From assembly GCA_002269645.1 (NCBI GenBank), contig NIVC01004201.1:1-55652 (forward strand): a DNA stretch of 55,652 nt, in the 5' to 3' direction. A model generated the notes under the pieces. The model was not told the origin of the DNA and searched no databases. It saw only the letters and a program-made list of their open reading frames with translations. The DNA is from Macrostomum lignano (Eukaryota). The position numbers were made by a program, and so were the translations under genes. Positions 46,159 to 54,667 of the stretch are shown here, piece by piece. Positions within the stretch are counted from its first letter, which is position 1, and each line of letters opens with the position of its first letter.

Positions 46159-46869
46159 ATGGAGACAGTGCAAGACTTCAACTGCGTCAAGCGAGAGCTG
46201 CTGGCACTCAAACCGCGAGGTCCGAGCTTCAACGGGGTTGAAACGTTTGACATTGAATATGACGAACAGGGACCTCTCTACTTGGCCAATGCGGTCCCTG
46301 TTTTGATCGTCAAGGGCGTGCGTACTGACAACGAAGGTCGCGAATTCATCATCATTGCACAAAAACACATTGAAAGCTGCATACCCTACACTTTCAACAC
46401 TGTGGCGGAGCACCTTTCCAGCGAAAGTCTAGCTCTGCTGGGCTACAACCCAGCGTTTGGAGGTGACAGTGCAGCGTTTGGGCTGGCTCACGACTTTAAA
46501 ATGTACGACCAAAACGGACTGCCTGTAGAGGATTACAAAAACAAGAGCGGCTACTACAGGATTCTGTTTACTCTCGACACGGCCGTGATTCGAGACGCTG
46601 TTTTGACCGCAATGCCAAAAATTCAACAGCTACAGTTTGTCGAAGAAGCCAAACAGGCATTCGATCGTTGCTATTGGACGCCACCTCCAAAAATCAAGGT
46701 AGGCGCTAAGAAAGTAAGCAAGAAAGCAAAGAAACCACCAAAGCTTGTCAAGGAGAAGCAGCCAAAGGTGCCTAAAAATCAGGCCAGAAAGCGACAGCAT
46801 CAATCGAAACTAGTAGCAGCCAACGAATCAAAGAAGCGGTCGAAAGCCCCAAGAAGGATACGAAAGTAA
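46159..46869 (+). CDS. Polinton protein, possible OB-fold ssDNA-binding protein with a Lys/Arg-rich tail (236 aa)
   Basis: Beta-rich pattern ending YRILFTLDTAVIRDAVLTAMPKIQQLQFVE, reminiscent of gp2.5-like viral SSB C-terminal strands; very basic tail. Function is inferred. Confidence 0.6.
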   Translation: METVQDFNCVKRELLALKPRGPSFNGVETFDIEYDEQGPLYLANAVPVLIVKGVRTDNEGREFIIIAQKHIESCIPYTFNTVAEHLSSESLALLGYNPAFGGDSAAFGLAHDFKMYDQNGLPVEDYKNKSGYYRILFTLDTAVIRDAVLTAMPKIQQLQFVEEAKQAFDRCYWTPPPKIKVGAKKVSKKAKKPPKLVKEKQPKVPKNQARKRQHQSKLVAANESKKRSKAPRRIRK

Positions 46870-46888
46870 AAACTGCCGAAAAATCTAC

Positions 46889-47368
46889 TTGCAGAACGTC
46901 GAGTGTGTGAACCGAGTGTTTTGCGCGAAATGGAGCCGCATGCCTGACTTGGACTGGGCGAGCGCACGGACATTTCGCAGACCAAGAGCTCTTATCAATT
47001 TGCGAATAGGAAAGTGTACAATCAACTTTTTTCAGCGTTCTTTGTCTGCAATTGTATTCGGTTGTCGCTCAGTCAACCAAGTTTTGCGTCTTTTTCCTCA
47101 ATGTAAACCAATTTCTGTTGTTGTTACCACTAGTACTTACCGCGCTGAAGTAGACAGATGGCCAAACTTTTTCCAAATTGCATACTCCGGGTCCCGCTGG
47201 GTGAAGTGGGAGTGTGAAGTTTTCAATGGAATAGTAATAAAGTCTCCATTTCGCAATGCTAAATGTTTATTATGCGGAAAGAATGGCCGCCTTGTTTTCC
47301 TTGGAATACGAAACTTTAAAGAGCTCTGTCAAATGTACGATCATGTGACTAGCGTTTTGCATGTCTAA
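46889..47368 (+). CDS. Divergent TATA-binding-protein (TBP)-fold protein
   Basis: Two-repeat TBP pattern: NRVFCAKWSRMPDL ~ NIVSTVNLGCKLDL; ALINLRIGKCTINFF...IVFGCRS ~ AVIMRIREPRTTALIF...VCTGAKS; WECEVFNGIVIK ~ YEPELFPGLIYR; LLCGKNGRLVFLGIRNFKELCQMYDHV ~ [27 protein letters not shown]. No ATG before the first motif. Confidence 0.7.
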   Translation: MQNVECVNRVFCAKWSRMPDLDWASARTFRRPRALINLRIGKCTINFFQRSLSAIVFGCRSVNQVLRLFPQCKPISVVVTTSTYRAEVDRWPNFFQIAYSGSRWVKWECEVFNGIVIKSPFRNAKCLLCGKNGRLVFLGIRNFKELCQMYDHVTSVLHV

Positions 47369-47508
47369 TCCATGTAGCTGTTGCGTAACTTTACTGCTTT
47401 ACCACTGTACCGAATTTGTATGTACGTACAAGCTGCTATGAAATTGTCTATAAATATATTGTGCATAAATTGCAGTGCACTGCAACCAACATCTTTTTGC
47501 TAAACAAA

Positions 47509-47865
47509 ATGACAAACGGAATCTCCAGACTATGTTCTTGTCGCGGCGAGCTCGCAGAGCTCGCCAAAGCCCGTCCCACTCTTCGGCGGGCCATTATTCG
47601 AGGTGCAGGCAAGGAACTGATTCATTGTCTCTGTGAATTGAGTCACAACGTGCTCCGGGGAAATATCGATCTTTCTCCGAAACAGTATCTGCGATTAAAG
47701 CGATACAGAAGATCGTTGCGTGAATTGGCAGACACAAAATTGTCTATAAATAGGAAGAAGAATATGCTTCTCTCGAATCCTCAAGTCGGTGGCTTTCTAC
47801 CCATCCTTGCATCTGTTGCTGCACCGCTAATATCAAGCCTGTTTGGCGGACTACTTGGTCGCTAA
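47509..47865 (+). CDS. Conserved small basic Polinton/adintovirus virion protein with an adenain-type cleavage site and amphipathic tail
   Basis: LIHCLCELSHNVLRGNIDLS...LKRYRRSLRELAD...QVGG|FLPILASVAAPLISSLFGG; ATG 60 bp after TATAAATA. Confidence 0.8.
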   Translation: MTNGISRLCSCRGELAELAKARPTLRRAIIRGAGKELIHCLCELSHNVLRGNIDLSPKQYLRLKRYRRSLRELADTKLSINRKKNMLLSNPQVGGFLPILASVAAPLISSLFGGLLGR

Positions 47866-47866
47866 A

Positions 47867-48517
47867 ATGAATAAATACGTTGTTGTACCAGAAGAAGAAT
47901 TTAATAGACTAAGTCAAGGCGCACCCCGAGAAATTGCATCCAAAACAGAATATGAAAAACTCATTGAATACAACACTCAACTCCAAAATAAACTAAGTCA
48001 GATCAAGCAAAAGAAGAGTAATCGTTTTCCTGAACGACAACAACGTGTTTGGGACATGCTGACAGAAAGATACCCAAATTTGGAGTACAACAAGTCGTGG
48101 GAAATTGTATTTGATGGAAAAACCTGGCCAGGAAGCAATATTTTCGATCTATTGAAGGAGATTACATCGAATGAAAGGCGCGACCGCCCAAGCCCAAAAT
48201 ATAGTACCGCTTTTTGGGCCCTGGCCGAAGAGGCAGATATTGCAAAAGCTCTACTAGGACGACGCCAACAAGAAGAAGTCAGTGTGAAAAAAGAAGTCGG
48301 CACGGATCCGGATCGAGACGATTTTTTAGTCGAGCAAGCAATTGGAACTAATGATTTCTACAACGACTTCCACAAAGACCAAGCCAGTGGCCTGAATGAA
48401 ATTAAAAAATATGAAGATCGTGGCAGCAATGCCTACAGGCATGCTTCATACCAACTTCGCGAACCAAAGAGGCGGCAGAAACCAGCAGTAAAATACGAGA
48501 CGTTAAAAAAACTATAA
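47867..48517 (+). CDS. Conserved Polinton protein of unknown function (GSNIxDL motif)
   Basis: MNKYVVVPEEEF start and EIVFDGKTWPGSNIFDLL resemble a family recurrently found upstream of Polinton integrases. Confidence 0.72.
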   Translation: MNKYVVVPEEEFNRLSQGAPREIASKTEYEKLIEYNTQLQNKLSQIKQKKSNRFPERQQRVWDMLTERYPNLEYNKSWEIVFDGKTWPGSNIFDLLKEITSNERRDRPSPKYSTAFWALAEEADIAKALLGRRQQEEVSVKKEVGTDPDRDDFLVEQAIGTNDFYNDFHKDQASGLNEIKKYEDRGSNAYRHASYQLREPKRRQKPAVKYETLKKL

Positions 48518-48654
48518 ATAGAAATCATTTTCATGATTTATAATCTGTTTTTGGATCATGGGTGCCGCAGCTGTAACTTCAAAGCTTTGCTCAGACAAAC
48601 CGTCTGTGGAGTTCAAGTGTAATTACTCATGCTGTGCATCGAATCTAGTTGCGA

Positions 48655-49722
48655 ATGAGGGTGAAAACCGCTCTTCGGAGAGTGTACGAACAGGGGGACG
48701 CCGCTTTTACAAATGCTGCCCGTGTATATCAGGAGGCCAAACGGCTGGTCCCCTCCCTGACGAGACGCCAAACAGACGAATGGCTGAAGACCCAATCGAG
48801 CTACACCCGGCACAAGAGGGTTAAAAGAAAATTCCGAACCGGAAAAGTAATGTCGGGAGGCTTCATGGAAACTGTGCAAGCGGATTTGATGGACATGTCG
48901 CGATACGAACAATGGAATGATGGTCATCGATATATTCTAGTTGCAATTGACGTGCTTAGTAAATTGGCTTTTTGTCAGTCAATAAAATTGAAAAGCGACA
49001 CTCCAAAGGCTTTTGAAAGCATGATCAAAGACTTCCCCATTAAGCCTTTATATCTACACGTTGATCGAGGTACCGAGTTTTATAACAATCGCATGCAGAA
49101 CTTACTGAAAGCCCATAATATCAAAATGTACAGTACAAACTCTGTATACAAGGCAAATATGGCTGAAAGGCTGATTAGGACTCTCCGAAAACGTTTAGCT
49201 CGCTACTTTGAGCATAAAAACACGTGGCGTTGGATCGACTATTTGCCAATATTGGTTAAAAGTTACAACAACACAGTACACTCTACTATTGATATGAAAC
49301 CTTCGAGTGTCGGTCTGCACAATCAAAAAGAATTGTGGGAAAAGCTCTACAAGGATCCTGAATATGATGAACCAGTTTACCAAAAAGGGGACTTTGTCAG
49401 AATTTCAAAATCTCGTCGAGCCTTTGACAAGGAAGCATACGATATGTACAGCGAAGAAGTTTACGTTGTGTCTCAAGTATGCCCGGGACCGCCTCATTTT
49501 TATCGCATTTCCGACCTATCTGGAGAACAAATCGAGGGTCGATTCTACTATAATGAACTTTCAAAGACGGTTCGACCGGACCGCTTTGTTATAGACAAAA
49601 TTCTGCGTCGCAATGTCATCATCAATGGTGTCGCTCATCATTTCGTTAGTTGGCGCGGCTATCCCGAGTCGTTCAATGCATTTGTACCAGTTGAGGAAGT
49701 TATAAATATAAGACAAGGATGA
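48655..49722 (+). CDS. Retroviral-like (RVE) DDE integrase with C-terminal chromodomain
   Basis: VQADLMDM (D), LHVDRGTEF (D), ANMAERLIRTL (E); chromodomain IDKILRR...FVSWRGYPESFNAFVP. ORF is intact. Confidence 0.95.
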   Translation: MRVKTALRRVYEQGDAAFTNAARVYQEAKRLVPSLTRRQTDEWLKTQSSYTRHKRVKRKFRTGKVMSGGFMETVQADLMDMSRYEQWNDGHRYILVAIDVLSKLAFCQSIKLKSDTPKAFESMIKDFPIKPLYLHVDRGTEFYNNRMQNLLKAHNIKMYSTNSVYKANMAERLIRTLRKRLARYFEHKNTWRWIDYLPILVKSYNNTVHSTIDMKPSSVGLHNQKELWEKLYKDPEYDEPVYQKGDFVRISKSRRAFDKEAYDMYSEEVYVVSQVCPGPPHFYRISDLSGEQIEGRFYYNELSKTVRPDRFVIDKILRRNVIINGVAHHFVSWRGYPESFNAFVPVEEVINIRQG

Positions 49723-49756
49723 ACACACATACACTCGAAACGTGTAGTATATTACA

Positions 49757-50910
49757 ATGCATCTATTCCTACCTAGCAATGCGTGCGTTGAGCACTATCC
49801 TGAGAATAATTCGGCACATTATAGCATTAATTTGCCCGACACCCTCCACTTTCCGAATCATGAAGTCTGCATCGAACGGATCTACTTTTGTAAAGAATTC
49901 AAAACCGTCCCCGATAATCGAATGGTTGATGTCCTGACCAACGCTCCCGAGGATGAAGTGATTGACATTGAGGTGAGAGAAAAACCCGCCTCCACGTATA
50001 AACAGTTTGCGTCGGTTTCTCTCGCCGCGGGGCTATCAACAGCCAACGAAGTGGTTGATGCAATCATCGCCGATCTAAAATATGAGCAAGACGATAATGC
50101 GATGATTTGCATTGAGCGTTCACAGGAAGGCCAAATTTCAATTGTGAACAAATCATGGTATGGTGCGAACATTAGGCTGTCCAGTAATGTGCGTAGCATG
50201 TTTAAAAAGGTTGATGACGCTGGAAATAAATCAAATATCGAAGTAACGACTTTTTTATTAAACCCAAGAAATTCGTTAGTATTCGCTATAGAATTGGAGT
50301 CCTCCTCCTCCATAGAGAGTCCGATGACTCTAACGTTTGAAAAGAGTGTCTGGCCTTCTAGAACGTCACTGCGGATTGCTAAAGGATTCTACCGCACGCC
50401 TGATGAGCTCTTAAATTATGTTAATGGAGCGCTTTGGGGCGTCGTTTCAAAGCTCCCAATAAGTCCAGCGACGAGAGTGGATGCATTCCGCTACAACCCT
50501 TTTCTGAACCGGTGTGAGTACAAACCCATTGAAAACATTTTATTCGACATTGGAGAGCTTGCTGCCATTCTCGGCTTTCGCGAAGATGTTTTCAATGAAA
50601 CTCCAAAGACCGCTAAACGACCAATCGATTTAACAAATGGTGTACAAACTATGTACATCTATTCAAATATTGTCGACTCTGCCATTGTTGGAGACGTCAA
50701 AGTCCCCCTGCTTGGGCAATTCCTTTGAATGAAAAGGTATACGGCGAACGAGAGTACTACGAGTTTGTCAATCCATCCTACTTACCGTTGGTGAAACACC
50801 CATTCAAAACCATTGAGGTGCAAATCTGTGACGATATGGGCAAGTTAATGGATCGGATTCTTCGAGGCAAAACTGTTTTATCGATCAACATTCGTGAAAT
50901 TAAGCTATAA
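49757..50910 (+). CDS. Minor capsid (penton-like) protein; one 1-bp frameshift at ~50712
   Basis: LFLPSN...YPENNSAHYSINLP...L start; IYSNIV...IVGDVKVPLL and FVNPSYLPL...FKTIEVQICDDMG...GKTV.SINIR end. Adding one G to CTTGGGCA joins ORFs 49757-50728 and 50725-50910. Confidence 0.85.
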
Positions 50911-50954
50911 ATAAAGAAGTTTTCACGAATAAAAGGTAGCAACTGATCGACAAT

Positions 50955-51323
50955 ATGCCTTCAATCTTGATCGGAGGAGCTTTACCGGTATTTTCCGGTG
51001 CACAGCGCGGCAACGGCCTGTTTGGCAGCATTGCCCGATTTGCCCTGCCAATTTTAAAGAGTTTTGGCAAAAATATTCTTCGCCACGGAACACGAGCCCT
51101 AGCTACAACAGTTAGCGACACACTCGATCAAGGCGGGAACTTGAAAGAAGCGGCATTGCGTAACTCTGTCCAGGCAGCTAAAGATGCTTTCAAGGACACA
51201 GTCGCACAACGAGGTAGCGGCAGACAAAGACGAAGAAAGATGACTAACAAAAAAACGAGAAAAAGACTGCAGCATTCTGATATTTTCGACTCTATAAATA
51301 AAAAAACCCGTGCCAATAACTGA
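50955..51323 (+). CDS. Basic core-like Polinton protein (pVII-like) with two QRGxG motifs
   Basis: FSGAQRGNGLFGSIARFALPILKSFGK...QRGSGRQRRRK...HSDIF pattern typical of the protein preceding Polinton MCP. Confidence 0.8.
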   Translation: MPSILIGGALPVFSGAQRGNGLFGSIARFALPILKSFGKNILRHGTRALATTVSDTLDQGGNLKEAALRNSVQAAKDAFKDTVAQRGSGRQRRRKMTNKKTRKRLQHSDIFDSINKKTRANN

Positions 51324-51366
51324 TCTGTCTATTAGAGCACCACACTAAGCCGCTGTTGAAAGAAAA

Positions 51367-52649
51367 ATGACTGAGTGCCTGTGTACAAAGTCGGAATTCG
51401 AGCTATTTGCTCCTCGCGCACACCAAATTGCTGCAATTAGCGCTACCACTGAAGAAGTTCACCCTGTTGCCAGTGTTGAAAATGCCAGCGTGGTCGAATT
51501 TAGGATTGTTGGTGGTGAGACGTTTATCGATCTTAACGACATTGACCTCGAGATTAAGGCCCGCGTTAAGCAGTCTAATGGTACAAATCTTGCTGCTGAT
51601 TCGAATGTTGCGCCGGTCAATTACGTCCTTGAAAGCATGTTTAAAAACGTCACGTTGACAATCAACGGGACACACGTAGAGTCGAGCAATAACAACCACG
51701 CTTACAAGGCCTATATTCGCACGTGTTTGAATTACGGACACGATTCAAAAACCAATCAACTGAGAATGATGGGCTACGCAAAGGACGCTGGAGGTCAAAT
51801 GGCTGTGGTTGGAAATCCTGGCTTTGTAGCCCGCAAGGCGATGGCGGCAAACTCACGCACCTTTCACCTTTATGGACCTCTTAGTTTAGACTTTTTTGTT
51901 ACCAACGACCGAATGCTACTGCCATACACTGATATGGTAATTACGCTGACCATGCACAATTCCGGCTTCGTTCTGGAAAACCACGCGGACGGGGTTGATG
52001 CGCGGCTAGTACTCGAGAGTGCCAAACTACATGTGCGCCGCGTCAAGGCAAACCCCCAATTGGCATTGGAGATTGAAGAACAACTAGGCAAACAGAATGC
52101 AATCTATCCGATTGAGCGACTTGTTGTGCACAATACTTCAGTGGCTGGCGGTGTTCGGGACATGTCAATCAATAATATATTTCCTGAACAAAAGCCTAAA
52201 CTAGTGGTTGTTGGCATGGTGAACAGCGGCGCATACAACGGTGTGGCTACACATAACCCGTTTAATTTTGAACCGTTTGGGCAGACAGTGTCGCTCTGTA
52301 TAAGGACGGAGTCAGTCTGTGTGGACAACCGTTTACTCCTCGATTCGGTGTTCATAACTATGCTCGCGAGTATGCCATGCTACTAAAAAGCCTAGGAAAG
52401 ATGAATCGGGACCTGGATATTGACGTATCATATTCCGACTATGGAGCTGGCTACTGCTTCTTCGCCTGGAATCTCATGCCCGACATGGAGCTGGGCGGGC
52501 ATAGCATGCCTCGCGAGCGAGGGAATCTGACGCTACAAATAAAGTTTTCTGCTGCCTTGGCCGCAGGAATCAACGTGTTGGTGTTTGGCTACTTTGACAA
52601 TACTGTGCAAATCACTCGCGGTCGTCAGGTTATTCTAGACTACGTGTAG
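51367..52649 (+). CDS. Major capsid protein (double jelly-roll, hexon-like); one 1-bp frameshift at ~52280
   Basis: CTKSEFELF, FIDLNDIDLEIKARV, APVNYVLESMF, HAYKAYI, NPFNFEPF; continues in the -1 frame as ADSVALYKDG...YGAGYCFFAWNLMPD...GNLTLQIKF...L...INVLVFGYFDN. Confidence 0.92.
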
Positions 52650-52699
52650 AAACAAACATCTCTTTTTTATTCTCGAATAACGACCATATTCATGCCGAT

Positions 52700-53149
52700 A
52701 TGAATAGTCTAGATATATTAGAACGTCTAATACTACCTGTCCCTGTTCGAGTAACACCAGTTGACAGGATTCCGCAGCCTGTTTATCCTGCTGCATACGT
52801 GATTAACTTTGACACTGGCAATCTACCAGGCACTCACTGGGCTTTAATTTGTCTTCATGCCGATGAGAGCGTGACATTTTTTGACCCCTTGTGTATCGAT
52901 CCTGTGCCAGATTTATTAAAGTTGTGGATCGCAAAGTATGTCCCTGTGGAGGTGGCCATGAACCGGCATCCTGTACAGCATCCGCTGAGTGTGACCTGCG
53001 GGGCTCATGTAATATTTGTGGCTGAAAAACACTTTCTGGAGGGTCTGTCAATTGAAAAAATATTGCGCGACTGTTATAGCACAAATCTTTACGAGAACGA
53101 CTTGATGGTGCAGAATCACTGTCTACAAATAAAGCAGCATCATCCATAA
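52700..53149 (+). CDS. Adenain-like cysteine (maturation) protease
   Basis: YVINFD...PGTHW (His), FFDP (Asp), VQHPLSVTCG (Gln, Cys). Confidence 0.92.
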   Translation: MNSLDILERLILPVPVRVTPVDRIPQPVYPAAYVINFDTGNLPGTHWALICLHADESVTFFDPLCIDPVPDLLKLWIAKYVPVEVAMNRHPVQHPLSVTCGAHVIFVAEKHFLEGLSIEKILRDCYSTNLYENDLMVQNHCLQIKQHHP

Positions 53150-53151
53150 AT

Positions 53152-53801
53152 ATGATTGGGCTGCCTATCAAAATGTATCAAACAATAGACCCCGACTCTT
53201 TAAAATTTGCCCCCAAAACGTCTGCAATTTTTGCTGGGGTGGCTCAAAGCGGCAAGACCACACTTGTGAAAAACCTATTGAGACAAGAATTTTTTCAAGA
53301 TCCGAAGCCGATTCGCGTAGACTGGTTTGGCCACTATCCGGATCCTGAACTGTTTGAATTGCCGTACCCTGTAAATTTTCGTTCGTGTACATTTGATCCT
53401 GAACAATATGTCCCTGAACCAAATATTCTGCTTGTCGTCGACGACCAAATGCATGCCATGGAAAAGAGTGGCGCTTTTACAACTTTTTTCACGCGCAAAG
53501 TCTCCCACGTGGGGTTCCGACTTTGGTATCTTGTGCAAAACCTGTTTGCAAAGGGTAAGGAGCACCGAACTCAGTCGCTCAATTCGAACTACCTTGTTTT
53601 ATTCCGCAATGTACGGGATGCCAGCACAGTGTCTCATATTGCAAGGCAGCTGGTCCCCACTAATCCAAAAAGTTTTGTCAAACGTATGAGGATGCTACTC
53701 GCGACCCCTACTCATACTTGATTGTAAACTGTTTGCAAAATGCTCCTGCTCGCTATTATTCAAACGTTTTGGGTCGTCACCCAATTGTGTATGCTAAATA
53801 A
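53152..53801 (+). CDS. FtsK/A32-like genome-packaging ATPase; one 1-bp frameshift at ~53682
   Basis: Walker A GVAQSGKT, Walker B LLVVDD, VQNLF, SLNSNYLVLFRNVRD; the -1 frame continues YEDATRDPYSYLIVN...* ending at 53801. Confidence 0.92.
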
Positions 53802-53960
53802 ATATACGTATCAAAGTTCGGCCGGCTTTTTGTGTAAATATATATACGCCTTTTGAAAACTTATTTGGGAGAGGGGGTTGGTGGATGACGTAATTGTCTC
53901 GGAGTGTCGACGAGGGCTGAATTCTAGAGAGTGAAGTATGGAAGGAGTGGATATAACAGT

Positions 53961-54667
53961 GTGGATAGCGGCGATTTACAGCGGCTGACTCATCATGCCT
54001 CCGCGCGGGGCCGCCAATTAATTGTGGGGGTCAAAGAATATTTTCTTGGATGGGTGGGCGCTACAACTCTGTGCGTACGCGAAGTTTGGTATATAAACAG
54101 CTATGGGTTGGGTGGGCGCTACAATTCTGTGCGTACACGAAGTTTGGTATATAAACAGCTATGGGGTGGGCGCGGCGCTACAATTCTGCGCGTACACCAA
54201 TTTTGGGATGGACAGTAAATATGGACAAGTAATAATATAGACGTTATGGGGTGGGTGAGCGCTACAATTCTGCGCGTACACCAATTTTGGGATGGACAGT
54301 AAATATGGACAAGTAATAATATAGACGTTATGGGGTGGGTGAGCGCTCTAATTCTGCCAATTTTTGGTATATGGACAGTTAATTCTGCGTACACCAATGC
54401 TGCATTGTGTGGGGATGGCGCGCGCGCGTTTCTACGTACAACAACGGTGAAGCGCTAATTATGCGTACTATATTGTACTCGTCGCTGCTGTACGATACAG
54501 TGTACACTGATTACATGTATAGATTTTACATGAGAGTATAAATGTCTCACATAATGACTCTGGACCAATTAGAATCGGTCTAATGTATTTAGATAGGCGT
54601 TGAATTTGCATTGGCTCTGACACCCACCTCACCTCCAAAACCCGGCTCTATCTGCGCATTACGTAGT
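53961..54667 (-). repeat. Right TIR (~707 bp) with 84-bp x2 and 58-bp x2 units
   Basis: Reverse complement of the left TIR; ends ...GCGCATTACGTAGT. Confidence 0.95.

Larger units (their letters stand above)
45101..51300 (+). promoter_or_regulatory. Series of TATAAATA boxes (45101, 47449, 47745, 48513, 49701, 50906, 51293) plus TATATAAG (45399, 46090) upstream of element genes
   Basis: All on the + strand, each ~50-140 bp before an ORF start; six of the seven read CTATAAATA. Confidence 0.7.
44132..54667 (+). mobile_element. Polinton/Maverick (adintovirus-like) endogenous element, 10,536 bp, lacking pPolB
   Basis: 6-bp TSD ACTGTG (44126-44131, 54668-54673); long TIRs; RVE integrase, double-jelly-roll-type MCP, minor capsid, adenain and FtsK/A32 ATPase, all on the + strand. 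Confidence 0.95.

Noticed and set aside
52270-52290. Programmed -1 ribosomal frameshift in MCP (TTTGGGC)
   Set aside because: The heptamer is not in the required X XXY YYZ register relative to the reading frame; homopolymer error explains all three sites more simply.
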